Origin: Balanoglossus misakiensis | Lineage: Eukaryota > Animalia > Hemichordata | Length of the DNA: 64,000 nucleotides | Assembly: GCA_040954595.2 (NCBI GenBank) | Contig: CM082583.2 | Coordinates: 1,064,925-1,128,924, forward strand | Reading direction: 5' to 3' | Shown: piece after piece, positions 11,317-22,400 of the stretch | Position numbering within the stretch: the stretch's first letter is position 1 | How the letters are laid out: each line of letters opens with the position of its first letter | The notes under the pieces: generated by a model | Databases searched by the model: none | Seen by the model: only the letters and a program-made list of their open reading frames with translations | What the model was told of the DNA's origin: nothing | Position numbers and translations under genes: made by a program

Positions 11317-11354
<38 letters not shown>

Positions 11355-11359
<5 letters not shown>

Positions 11360-11671
11360 ATACATGCCTAAATATAGGGATAAACTGTGTTAACGCCATC
11401 TTGAAAATTTGCAGTGCATTATCGGTCAATTGAGTCCCAGTTGGGGGGGGAGTAGCGTCTACAACCTATCCAATTTTCCAGCAGTTTTGTCAGATTTTCT
11501 TCAAGTAACGTTAGTAGTAGTAGTTACATGAAGAAAATCTGACTAAACCGCTGGAAATGGATAGGTTGTAGACGCTACTCCCCCCAACCGGAACTCAATT
11601 GACCCATAATGCACTGCAAATTTTCAAGATGGCATTAACAGTTTATCCCTACATTTAGGCATGTATGACAT
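11355..11671. mobile_element. Palindromic (foldback) MITE with ~150-bp arms
   Basis: ATGTCATACATGCCTAAAT.TAGGGATAAACTG... is mirrored by ...CAGTTTATCCCTACATTTAGGCATGTATGACAT around a short (GTA)n loop at ~11510-11523. Confidence 0.88.
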
Positions 11672-11693
11672 TGTGTTTTGATTTTTTTTTTAG

Positions 11694-12566
11694 ATGGGTA
11701 TGATAAACTATCTCCATATGGATTTGCCATTCATGGTTGCATCGATGGGTAAGTGCTATCAACTTATCATCTATACAAACCTTTCTGAGGAATGCTGGAG
11801 ACCCATTGTAACACCATTGGTTTTTTGAGAATCACAATATTGATGAAAGCTAAGATTAATGAAGCACATTTAGTAACAATTCTGTGGAAATATGTTTATG
11901 CAATGAAATTTACTTATTCCTTTTTTAATTTGAAAATTAATAATAACTTTGTTTTCTATAGATTTTCGCGAAGGGTGTTGTGGTTGAAAGTTGGTGCATC
12001 AAACAATGATCCAAGCAAAGTTGCTTCCTATTTCATAGACACAGTTGAGAAGCTGAAAGGTAATAGACACATTCACTCAAGGTTGTTAAACATATCATTT
12101 TGACAAAATTTGTTTTATTGACATTTCTGAACTGGGTAAAGGCGATAAATTTAGCCAACCACTAATCAATGACAATTATCCATTGCATGCTCATATTAGT
12201 CTTGTACCCAATATTTCCTGTGGCAACATTGTAATGATCTTCACATATCCAGGCTGTGTTGAAAAACATTGAAACTACGTGTAGGCAGTAAAGCATTTGG
12301 AATGAAAATCTTTCTTAAAAATTAAATCTAGTGTGTACAATTTTTTTTTTTTTTTTTTTTGGGGGGGGGGGGTTAACATTTTAACTGTAAGAGCTGCCAA
12401 TGTCAATCCTAATTTGTTTGCAGGTTGCCCCAGGATCTTGCGAGCAGATCATGGCACAGAAACAGGAGTGATAATGACTGCTCAAGCCATGTTGAGGACA
12501 GATGGTGATGATGCTTTTGCTGACAACAGCTTTTGGTATGGTCCTTCAACTGCTAACCAGGTCAGT

Positions 12567-12602
<36 letters not shown>

Positions 12603-15600
12603 TTTTATTTACCCATTAATTAAAGGGTACATATGATAGGTAAAAATACAAATGGTGGGTAAATATGGAGTCAGGAAATAGCCACAGCTAGTCTAGCCTG
12701 TACTCCTACAATATAGCTTGCTTGGTTACAGAAAAAAAAGATAATGTTGAGGGAACGCTTGAAGCGTGATTCAAGTACGATCTCACTACAACAGTGTAAA
12801 GTTATCCATTGCAAATGGTAATGGAAAAAAGAAAGGAACAACAATCACAAACAAACAAACAAACAAAACAGCATCATACTACATCAAGAAAATTACAAAT
12901 TCATTTGTACTGGTTTAAGAGGTGTTGTTTAAATGTCCTACGAAATTGGCATAAAGTATTTGAAGACTTAATTTGTGGAGGAATATCGTTCCAGATTTTT
13001 GCTCCAGTATGTGATATCGAGAACTGGCCTGAGTTTGTTTTGGCATGGAACGGGCGTAGATAGTGATGTAACCAAATTCTGGTATTATGCTCATGACTTG
13101 TTGTGTTAAAATAATCTGAAAGTGAATGTGGAGATTTCTGGTGATATAAATAATAAATGAAGGAACCTAGTAAATAACTGTGAAGCTTGGTAATATCCAA
13201 AATATTCAGTTGATTAAAGAGAGGAGAAGAATGGTCCATGTGTGATTTGAAAAGCATTATACGTACAATTGTTTTTTGGGCAACTTGGATACAACGTAAC
13301 TTTGTGGGGTAAGTATTGCCCCAAACCTCAAGACCATATGTAACATGGGGGAGTATGAAGGCGTTGTAATACAAAATTCTGATATGGAGTGGTAAAATAT
13401 TTCTAATCTTGTATAAAATTCCACAGTGCTTCCTAATGAGATTATTTATTTTGTTAATTTGATGTGACCATGACAGATGCTTATCCAATAAAACCCCAAC
13501 AAATGGTATCACATCAACCTCTTTGATTTCTTCATTCTGGATTTGCAATGACCCAAGAACATTAAGTTTTTTCTGCCGACCCCTAAAAATAATAAAGTGA
13601 GTCTTGGCCCTATTAATTGTTAGTTTGTTGGCATTGCACCATTGCTGAACATCATTTAAATAAGAGGATATATGAGTCAAGTTAATACTATCTGCACCTG
13701 AGAAGGAATGGAAGAGATTGGAGTCGTCAGCAAATAAACGGAAATCAAAAAATGTAGAAGAATTTGGAAGGTCATTGATATAAATAAGGAAAAGGGTTGG
13801 GCCCAAAACTGATCCCTGTGGGACTCCATTGTGGATCAAGGACTTTTCTGAAACATGACTGGTTAATGTGACATACTGTGAGCGGTCTGTGAGGTAGCTG
13901 TTAAACCAATGCTGGCAGGGGCCCCTAAACCCGTAATGTTCAAGCTTGGACAATAAAGTGGCATGGTGAATGGTATCGAAAGCTTTGCTGAAGTCAATAA
14001 ACACCCCCAGTGTGGAATTCCCCTTATCAATTTCTTTTAACAAGTGGTTAACTAAGTTAATCAAAGTGTGCTTGGTGCTATGGTTCTTTCTAAAGCCATA
14101 CTGGTGCTTATATAATATATTATATTTATCAAGGTAAGTAATCACTTGTTTGTTTACCACTTTTTCTATCACTTTACTGAACATTGATAAAATGGCGATG
14201 GGTCTGTAGTTCCCAGCAATGTTCTGTTCTCCTTTCTTGAAGATAGGTTTAACCTTAGCGACTTTTAAGGAATTAGGGAAGACACCGGTACAGAAAGACA
14301 TATTTATGATGTGGGTCAAAGGTTGAGCAATAACATCAGCTGCATCAATTAGGAGTCTTGGAGGAATATTATCCCACCCACTGGCCTTTTTACTGTCAAG
14401 ATGCACCAAAATCTCTTTTATCTCAGCAACCGTAACAGGATGGAGAAAAAAAGAGTTTGGCATAGGATCATTCATATAATTTTTAAAATCTTTTGTGGTT
14501 TTTGGAATGTGTTTTGCCAGATTATGACCCACATGTACAAAGAAGTCATTAAAACACTTAGCCATATCAGCTGGCTTATCTACCAACCTTTCAATCCCAT
14601 TTACATTGACCTTTAACTGATCTGGTGCTTTATCTAAAGTAGTGTTTTTACCAAGCAACTCATTTACAACATTCCACACTTTACCATTGTTGTTTACAGT
14701 GAATAAATTAGCATAATACACCCTTTTGGCTTTTCTTAAAACACTTGTAAGAATATTTCTGTAGGTTGTGTAGCGAGCAACAGCACTTGGTTCATGTTGT
14801 GTGGTGACAACTTTAGCATATAGTTTGTGTTTGGTGCGAATTGACTTCTTAATAGCTTTGGTAATCCAGGGATTTTTGTTACACTTGGCCTTAATAGTTT
14901 TAACCTCAAGTGGGGCATGATGGTCACACACCTGGCTGAACAAATTGCTGAAGGTGTCAAAAGCAGTGTTTACACAGCTATTGTTATGCATAACAACGTT
15001 CCAGTTAACATTAATTAAATCAGAAATAAAACGAGCAGAGTTATAGCGCCTGAAATTCCTTGTACAAACTGACCGTACAAATGGCGTGTGGACATTGAAA
15101 TTGTTGAAAATAGAGAAAATAGGTAAGTGATCTGAAATATCAGCAATAATTGTACCAGCATCAATGTGACAAGAGCTAATATTGGAATAAATATGATCAA
15201 TGGTCGACTTGGAAGTACTTGTAATACGAGTTGGGGAGGAGATTAACTGTTCTAGATGAAGACATTGCATCCTTGGTATAAAATCCCGAGCACTTGAATC
15301 TGGACTTGACACATCAATATTAAAGTCACCCATAAGAATACAATGTTTTTTATCCAGTTTCAAAGAACAAAGAACATTAAAAAGACTGTCTTCAAACTCT
15401 GTGACACTAGTTCCTGGTTTGCGATATAACACACCGACAACTATGCGATTCTTTAACCCGCATATTTCAAACCATAGTGATTCAGAATGAACCACATTAA
15501 AGTTTAACAGTTTGTATTTAAGAGAACAATGAATATATGCCCCTACCCCGCCACCCCGACCGATGTTTCTGCTATTTAACTCAAAAGAGTAATTTGGCAA

Positions 15601-18600
15601 ATTAAAAAAAGTTGGATTATTGATTTGCCAGGTTTCTGAAACACCAATAATGTGAAAAGGACTGGTGATACATTCATTATACAGGAGACGTACATCGTCT
15701 ATACTATTACAGAGAGATCTTGCATTAATATGAGATACTGAGAAAGAATGGCTGGATCTAGAGCTAAATTTATCATTAAATGTTGACGGTTCTAGTATAT
15801 GATTTGTAACTGTGAAAATGTCATCATCTATGTCATTTACTGAGTTTGGCATGAAGCAATATATGGGAAACCAAGAAAATGTCTACAAGATGGTTTATAC
15901 AATCTTGGCAAGGTCCAGCTCATTCCTTATCACTAGTACAGGTGACTGCTCACTTTTCTTCACAAGAACTTCACCGTTCCGCGTCCACGCATACTTATAG
16001 CGTGCTGATTTGCGCTTCACGTTCGTCATCTTAAAAAGTTTGCGTGCTTTTGGAGTTAGATTTTCATTTACGTAGATTTTGTTCCGATTGGCATATCCAA
16101 TATCTCCAGTTGTAATGGTCGCTAGCTTCTTTTTGTTCCGGTGGATATAGTCGCGTTTCTTCCTGCTTAAGAATCGCACAATGATTGGTCTTGGGAAAGT
16201 AGGTGCAGCATTGTCACCTGTATGCTTTTGACCTAATCTGTGGGTAATCACAATGTCGTGGTCACTGATACCTGGATCGATCTTTTTTAGCACTCTTGTT
16301 ACGATTGCATCTGTATTTTCTCCATCATCTGCACTTTCAGGAATTCCATGAAGTTCAATGTTTTCACGTCTATTGTATTGATTCATACTTTCCACAGATT
16401 TCTCGAGCTCTGTGATGCGAGTGAAAAGCTGTGCATTCGTTTCTTTGACTTCTTTATTTTCAAGCTCCAAAGTAGAAACTCGTCCACGTACTTCCTCTAC
16501 AAGTCCGTTGAAGAACTCCAGTGACGAATTTATTGTGCTTTGGCTTTCTTTGAGCTCAGCAATACTGATCAATAGTGCCGGTATGTGATTTACATGTGAA
16601 CAGATTTCAGCAAGCCGGTTTTCTATTGATTGTGGTGTGCCAGCTGGAGGTGTTGATTGGCAAGAGTCTGATGATCCAGATGGTGTTTGGTCTTTTCTTC
16701 TCGGCATCGTGAATGAGCACAGGTGTTCGATTACACAACGTGGGTTTTAAACAAAGGAGCAGAATTCCAGTACTATTTTGCATGCATAATGAGATCGACT
16801 GGAACTAACGGCAGGATTCTGTGTGCTGGCTTCGACTTGATAGATAAAAATGAAAACTCACTTTTGACAAAAAGTTACAGCAATCTTCCGCAAAAATCCG
16901 TTGCCAGCTAATAGTCCACGCCTTCAAAAATCGACACATTGACCGGTGATGAAAAAAAGTTCCAACTAAGGAGTGATTTTTGGCTCGTACCAAGAGACGA
17001 TGTTGCTGAACTTGTCGACCATGCGCAGCGCCCTCTATCCACATATGACAAATGACATCACAATTTTTCTTAGGAATACCTACGCTGTACCGTGTCATGA
17101 GATAAAAAGACTGTTAATACTACCCATTTTTCCACTACCTTGTTAAGATGACTATATGCTTGAGGAGACTATCCTCAAACCTCATAGACTCCCCATCTTC
17201 CCTACTTCAGTCACCGATTCCATTGCTGCTGCATGCCTGAGCAAATTTTGTTCAAATTTGGTGCAGTTTTTTGTTTCACAATATAATCCAAAAAAGACAC
17301 TTTTGGTATCGTGTTTCACATTTGTTTGTTCAGAGTGGTGACAGTAATTGTGTCAGACCATTGTTTTCATTGTGATCTCTTCTTACAGCGTATTGAACGA
17401 TGGTGGGGTGTGTTAAGAAGTAAAAGTGCAGATTGGTGGATTGACCATTTTAAGGTAAAGTATCATTTGGCTTGTACAAATGTGTTCTGCAAAACAAAAT
17501 CAACTCAAACACAAAGATGGTTGTATAAGTGACAAAATTTGTATTCTCATAGAATGTGCCACAGCCCAAGATGCAATGTCATTAGTGGATGCAGTTGTGT
17601 GTAGGAATGAGAAAAATAACCAGTATAGCTCAAGTCAGTTCATATCATGATGTTGAATTGTCCTGCAGAGTTTTTATACATGAGGACTAGGCTTTCCAAA
17701 CATTTTTTTTTTCTTGGCCATGGCCTTGCAGGCAGTTTATACACAAGTACAAGACCACATTCACTGACACATTTTACTGTAGCATTACAGGAAATTCACC
17801 ACTATCAATTTTTTATCCCCTAGGATTTGGTATCAATGGGTCATTTGCAGTTAGGTGACCCGGTCAACATGTGAGTTGATACACTTTATGTTTTGTTTCA
17901 AGTAATGAAAGAAATTCCATTATTCAATCTGTCAATGTTTGCACAGAGCAGAGAAGAAACAGACACAGACAGGATGGTAGAGACATAGACAGGAGATCAA
18001 ATATTGCAGTTCATTTGAAATCCGTAGATCTGCTGGAAATCATATTTTTAACTGGATGAATTTCCATAAACTTGTAACATTATGCTATTTGTTAAGTATG
18101 ATAAAATGCACATATTATTCCCAAGCATCTTGAAATCAATTTGCATTTTTTCTTTCAGAATGAGTATGCAGTTTTGTTATTTTTCTGTCATGCAAAGGGA
18201 ACTGGATGAGGTAGTTGAGAGGTGGAACCACCACAGAATAAGGCGACAAAATAAAGGAGATTCTGTATCAGGCATTCCAGAAATTCTCTATACCTGTCCT
18301 GAGTTACTAGGTACTTTTTTATTGCAACAAAATAAAGAAACCAACAAAGATTCATTAAAATTGCAGAAATGCTACCTAATCTGGACCCTGTGACTGAATG
18401 TAGATCACAAGTCATGTGGGTATTTCACTCATTAGGTCAACATAAGGCTTATCCATGAAGTAAATGACATGCAGTGTTTAAAGCATAAATCATGAACATT
18501 GGAAAGTTTCCTCAACAAAAATCTCAAGATTACATAACATCTGCAGAGAATGATAGAAAAATAACATTTCAATCACTTCATTGCTTAAGGTAAATAAAAT

Positions 18601-19195
18601 AAAATAACTTAATATACATCTGGCACCAAGAACAATAGATACTCCAATATAAACAAAAAAGAAAGATGGCTGCTCACTGTGTACTGTGTTTCAGCTGATC
18701 GGTTATGGTTGATCGTACCAGCGTTTTGAAAGCCAAATAATATGCAACACAAGAACTAACTGAGATGTAAGATGTACAATAATAATTTTATTATGAAAAT
18801 ACCACAAAGTATATATTTGGACATTAGCATAGTGCATCGCCCTCCGCTACGCATCAGGCGATACGTGGCGCTAATGTCCTTGAGCATACTTTGCAGTATT
18901 TTCGTAATACCCTCATAGTATTTAACCCATACATAAATTCTTATTTGAACAAACATATTTTGTTATTTCAGACCGCCCTAATTGTCGGAACTACATACAT
19001 TCAGTCAACGCTGGCTCTCAAACTTTCTTGCTATGCAAGTCACAGTGTAACTTTAATAATGGTTGCAATGAAGATTTCGCAGTTGTGGCACGGAACATAT
19101 GCCAAATGAATGGATGGAATCATGAACCCACTACAGCATTTGCAGCAAAAGAACTCTACTTGCACTTGACACCTTGCCTTGAAGAACTTTTCTAA
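11694..19195 (+). CDS. Spliced IS3EU-like/integrase-core DDE transposase gene, 5' exons missing (exons 11694-11748, 11962-12059, 12424-12560, 17389-17454, 17824-17870, 18159-18310, 18972-19195)
   Basis: Seven GT-AG exons join in phase without stops: DGYDKLSPYGFAIHGCIDG|FSRRVLWLKVGASNNDP...|GCPRILRADHGTE...YGPSTANQ|RIERWW...|DLVSMG...|...ELDEVVERWNHHRIR...GIPEILY|...AKELYLHL..*. These are hallmark motifs of eukaryotic IS3-like transposases. Confidence 0.88.
12901..15852 (-). CDS. LINE ORF2: APE endonuclease + reverse transcriptase (983 aa, intact)
   Basis: Endonuclease motifs HINARSL, GVSETW, GGGVG, YRKP, MGDFN, IDHIY and SDHLP. RT motifs NYRPI, QYGFR, DFSKAFD, GVPQGSVLGP and FADD. Confidence 0.97.
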   Translation of the reverse strand: MPNSVNDIDDDIFTVTNHILEPSTFNDKFSSRSSHSFSVSHINARSLCNSIDDVRLLYNECITSPFHIIGVSETWQINNPTFFNLPNYSFELNSRNIGRGGGVGAYIHCSLKYKLLNFNVVHSESLWFEICGLKNRIVVGVLYRKPGTSVTEFEDSLFNVLCSLKLDKKHCILMGDFNIDVSSPDSSARDFIPRMQCLHLEQLISSPTRITSTSKSTIDHIYSNISSCHIDAGTIIADISDHLPIFSIFNNFNVHTPFVRSVCTRNFRRYNSARFISDLINVNWNVVMHNNSCVNTAFDTFSNLFSQVCDHHAPLEVKTIKAKCNKNPWITKAIKKSIRTKHKLYAKVVTTQHEPSAVARYTTYRNILTSVLRKAKRVYYANLFTVNNNGKVWNVVNELLGKNTTLDKAPDQLKVNVNGIERLVDKPADMAKCFNDFFVHVGHNLAKHIPKTTKDFKNYMNDPMPNSFFLHPVTVAEIKEILVHLDSKKASGWDNIPPRLLIDAADVIAQPLTHIINMSFCTGVFPNSLKVAKVKPIFKKGEQNIAGNYRPIAILSMFSKVIEKVVNKQVITYLDKYNILYKHQYGFRKNHSTKHTLINLVNHLLKEIDKGNSTLGVFIDFSKAFDTIHHATLLSKLEHYGFRGPCQHWFNSYLTDRSQYVTLTSHVSEKSLIHNGVPQGSVLGPTLFLIYINDLPNSSTFFDFRLFADDSNLFHSFSGADSINLTHISSYLNDVQQWCNANKLTINRAKTHFIIFRGRQKKLNVLGSLQIQNEEIKEVDVIPFVGVLLDKHLSWSHQINKINNLIRKHCGILYKIRNILPLHIRILYYNAFILPHVTYGLEVWGNTYPTKLRCIQVAQKTIVRIMLFKSHMDHSSPLFNQLNILDITKLHSYLLGSFIYYLYHQKSPHSLSDYFNTTSHEHNTRIWLHHYLRPFHAKTNSGQFSISHTGAKIWNDIPPQIKSSNTLCQFRRTFKQHLLNQYK
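15895..16707 (-). CDS. LINE ORF1 (coiled coil + RRM/CTD-type)
   Basis: A heptad-rich segment is followed by QYNRRENIELHGIPE, HRLG, PRPIIVRF, IYVNENLT and YAWTRNG. It lies 43 bp upstream of ORF2. Confidence 0.93.
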   Translation of the reverse strand: MPRRKDQTPSGSSDSCQSTPPAGTPQSIENRLAEICSHVNHIPALLISIAELKESQSTINSSLEFFNGLVEEVRGRVSTLELENKEVKETNAQLFTRITELEKSVESMNQYNRRENIELHGIPESADDGENTDAIVTRVLKKIDPGISDHDIVITHRLGQKHTGDNAAPTFPRPIIVRFLSRKKRDYIHRNKKKLATITTGDIGYANRNKIYVNENLTPKARKLFKMTNVKRKSARYKYAWTRNGEVLVKKSEQSPVLVIRNELDLAKIV

Positions 19196-19235
19196 ACTAC
19201 ACAACTAAAGAGAACAATACAACAGCTAATACTTT

Positions 19236-19434
19236 AGAGGCCATTCAGTTTTCATGGCTTGAGGCAAGTTTGTGTCATCTGTTTTCAAAAACAGGCAGAC
19301 CCCCCCCCCCATTCCCTTTACACGGGACCAAAAAATGATGACCCCCCTTTTGAATTTCCAAATTTAAGTGACACCCCCTTGATTTTGCCGACTCCCCCTA
19401 CCTACCTCCCACCGTAAAAACTGAATGGTCCCCT
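19236..19434. mobile_element. ~200-bp MITE between the two convergent genes
   Basis: Imperfect TIRs: GGCCATTCAGTTTTCATGG on the left and CCGTAAAAACTGAATGGTCC on the right; the interior is rich in C-runs. Confidence 0.65.
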
Positions 19435-19462
19435 AGTAAAAAAAAATGTTCACAAGTACAGT

Positions 19463-22400
19463 TCAAAACAGCCCACACAGAAGAACATCATCATAGTTTG
19501 TTAGGGTGTCATCCAGGTCACCACTAATCTGTTGAACAAATAAAAAAGTGATTTCATGCATTAAAAAACATTGTTTATCATATTCATGTGTATGTACTGA
19601 CATTTTGTGATGCGAAATAAAACCTGGTAATCAGAATAGCTGTACTATGTGAACATTTGGATTCTGTTTCACGAGACTGAAGAATGTTGTGCATTTTTGG
19701 ACAACTCGATTTTCAGTATAAAACTGCTAAAAAGACAGTTGATCAATCTCTCAAAATTGGCAAACACCGAAATATGCAAATATCATCAAAAAAATTTAAA
19801 ATTATTAAATTACCTCTTTCACTAGCATCATTTCTGGTAGATATTCTACTAAAAGGAAGTCAGCCTCAGCTGTGGCATGGTATTCATGCTGACACTGAAA
19901 ATCAACACAGTTGGGAGGATCGAAACATTGCAGAAAAAATCTGCAAGGAAGATCTTCTGAATCAACTGTACCGCAAATCCAATCAAAGACATCCTGCAAA
20001 GCAAATAGATTCTTTTATGTTTACAATTATAATGCTAGAATATGATGATTAATCCAAACCTTGGTTTCTTTATTTTGGTATGACTGCAGTTACACTCAGA
20101 AATGCCTTACATTGTAAGGCTGCAACGGACTGTATTTGAACATGAACATGAAACACACAATTTACACTTGATGGCCCATATCTTGACTTACTTTGAGTGT
20201 ATCTAGGTCTCTGAATGGCCTTTCCAGGACCTCATCGTTCACCATGATGCAGATTTGTCTTTTCCTTTCGTTAATCAAGGGCAATCTTATATTTTCGGCT
20301 CTGGCCTGTGCTGCCTGTAAAGAAATAAACACATTGAGTGTCATAACCTGAGCAGACAATTCACTGACTAACCGGTTCCTAGGGAAGAGATTGCCTTGCC
20401 TAACGTGAAATAGGTATGTGGATGAGAAAGTACAAAACAAACATTTAGTAGAATGCACCTCTGAGCTTTAAATTTTTAGACATTGGACCTAAAAATTAAC
20501 AATTTATCAAAAACTATCCTATAAATGTAAAAATGAAGAATTTATCAAAAACTACAAAGACAATCAACACGTTTCAATCCAGTATTAACATCATTGCCCA
20601 AACTGTCACTTTGGTGTAGGAGTATAACCAATCCAGTCAAATGTATGACTCAGAATCAAAATTCGACTAAACTTACATGTTTCCTCTGCAATTTCCTTTG
20701 AGCTTGTTTCTCTCTTTCCTGTAACGTTAATATTGATACCATTTAATACCTTAGACTAATCAATATCCCCCAGGGGCGGCCTAAACATCACATGTGAAAG
20801 CCCCATTTGTTTAAGAGTCATTCCATAATCTTTCAACACCTTTGCAAATACCAGTCAGAGTTATTTTCCATCATATCTGCTCTGACTGTCCCCATATTTC
20901 CTCATGCAGCAGTAAAACCTGTCTAATCTTGAAACCTATCTATATTGAACACATGTTCCTGTCCCTTTGACATGGAACCACATGTTAAAAGAACCCCTAT
21001 AAACCAGACACCTTTGCAAATGGAATAATTTCTTCAGTCACTTTGGTGTTCAGTTTCGACAGGTTTTACTGTAGCAGAATAGACATTTTGCCAATAAATA
21101 CAATTGGTATTGACTAGAAGTGCCTGATCATTCGAATATTTATTCGGAGAACCTGCTCCATCATTTATAGTAGTTAATAAATCATGTCTAACCTGTTCTG
21201 AATTCAATGCCTGTTCAGCAGTACATTCTTTCATGGATTCCTCACATGAAGCTGCCACCTCCTCCACCACTGTTATGTCAACAGAATTTTCAACCGCAAT
21301 CACTTCTACATCTTCATTGACACCATCACAGGACACAGGATCACAGGACACAGGATCACAGGACACAGGATCACAGGACACTAACTTTTCATTGTCAGTA
21401 CCCTATAACAGAAAATAAAAAAATGAAATATCTATCTGGCTGTAATTATGATTTTGTAAAATGTTGCTGTTTTGTGCTTAAACTATATTTTTTGTTCCCC
21501 ATAAATTTTGTTGAAATGTCAAGATTTCAATTCATCGCCAGTAGATACTGTATGCCACACTGTATTACAAACCATGACATCACTGGCAGACTAAATTTCA
21601 CATGTTAAAATATTCATGCCATTATACCTTGACCATTTCTTGTTCTTGTTCAGGTTCCTCTTGCTGCTCGAACTCTTTGTCTTGCAGTTGCAGCTTCTTT
21701 TGAACAAAGGATGCTTTCAAAGAATGTTTTGCTGTGGAATACAAAAAAAAAAATACAGAATACAGAAATGCCCTGAAAATTGATAAGCACATCAGCATAG
21801 CTCACATATGCATAAAGAAACTGTTAATTATTTACTACTGAGTTTTAGTCCATACTAAAATCATTTCTCAATGTTGACTATACAAAGACCAGATGTTCTC
21901 GTAGGAGGATCCTTAAACCTTTGGCAATGAAACTACAAACCATAGTTCTAACCTGGGACTACACATAACAAAAGGACAGATTTACTCTGGAAAATAGGTC
22001 ATTAAAGGGACAATGTCTCTCTCTTGCTGCCCCTTTTCCATTAATTATGTTTGATACAAGACACCGTTTATGTTATTATATGTGTGGATATATAGTGAAT
22101 CAACGTTCAACCACACACACCTTCCATTCGGCTTGAAGACATGAGTGAAAAAAAATCGCCAAAATGAATAATATTCCTCTACCATTTTTTCATTTGGGGC
22201 GAGTTTTTATTCTCATATCATCATACAAGTGAAATGGAAGTTGTGTGTGGTCGAATGTTGATCTGCTGTATGTCTACATGTAAAAACATAGCAACATAGC
22301 AATAAGCACATCTGCTCTGGATGCCAAGATATGGAAAAGTAGGTCAAAGGTCACCTGAGGTCATGCAAAATTTGGGCATAAAATTTTGACCCTATACTGG

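Larger units (their letters stand above)
7863..11321 (+). mobile_element. Penelope-like retroelement (Naiad-like) with inverted 5' partial copy, inserted in (TA)n
   Basis: It has an RT + GIY-YIG ORF. 7863-8862 is the reverse complement of 10254-11253. There is a 25-bp direct repeat TGCAACGAACTCCCAAATCGTATTA at 8862-8886 and 11297-11321 (pLTR tail), and (TA)n on both sides (7844-7865, 11320-11356). Confidence 0.93.
12570..17040 (-). mobile_element. Apparently full-length CR1/L2-group (Crack-like) non-LTR retrotransposon inside a transposase intron
   Basis: Two intact ORFs and a 3' (TTA)n tail at 12570-12600. The 5' boundary is uncertain (16760-17040) and no TSD was identified. Confidence 0.88.

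Noticed and set aside
21034-21192. 3' part of ORF 21034-21381 as coding
   Set aside because: It runs past a donor at 21192 into a mariner-type MITE end, so it is intronic read-through.
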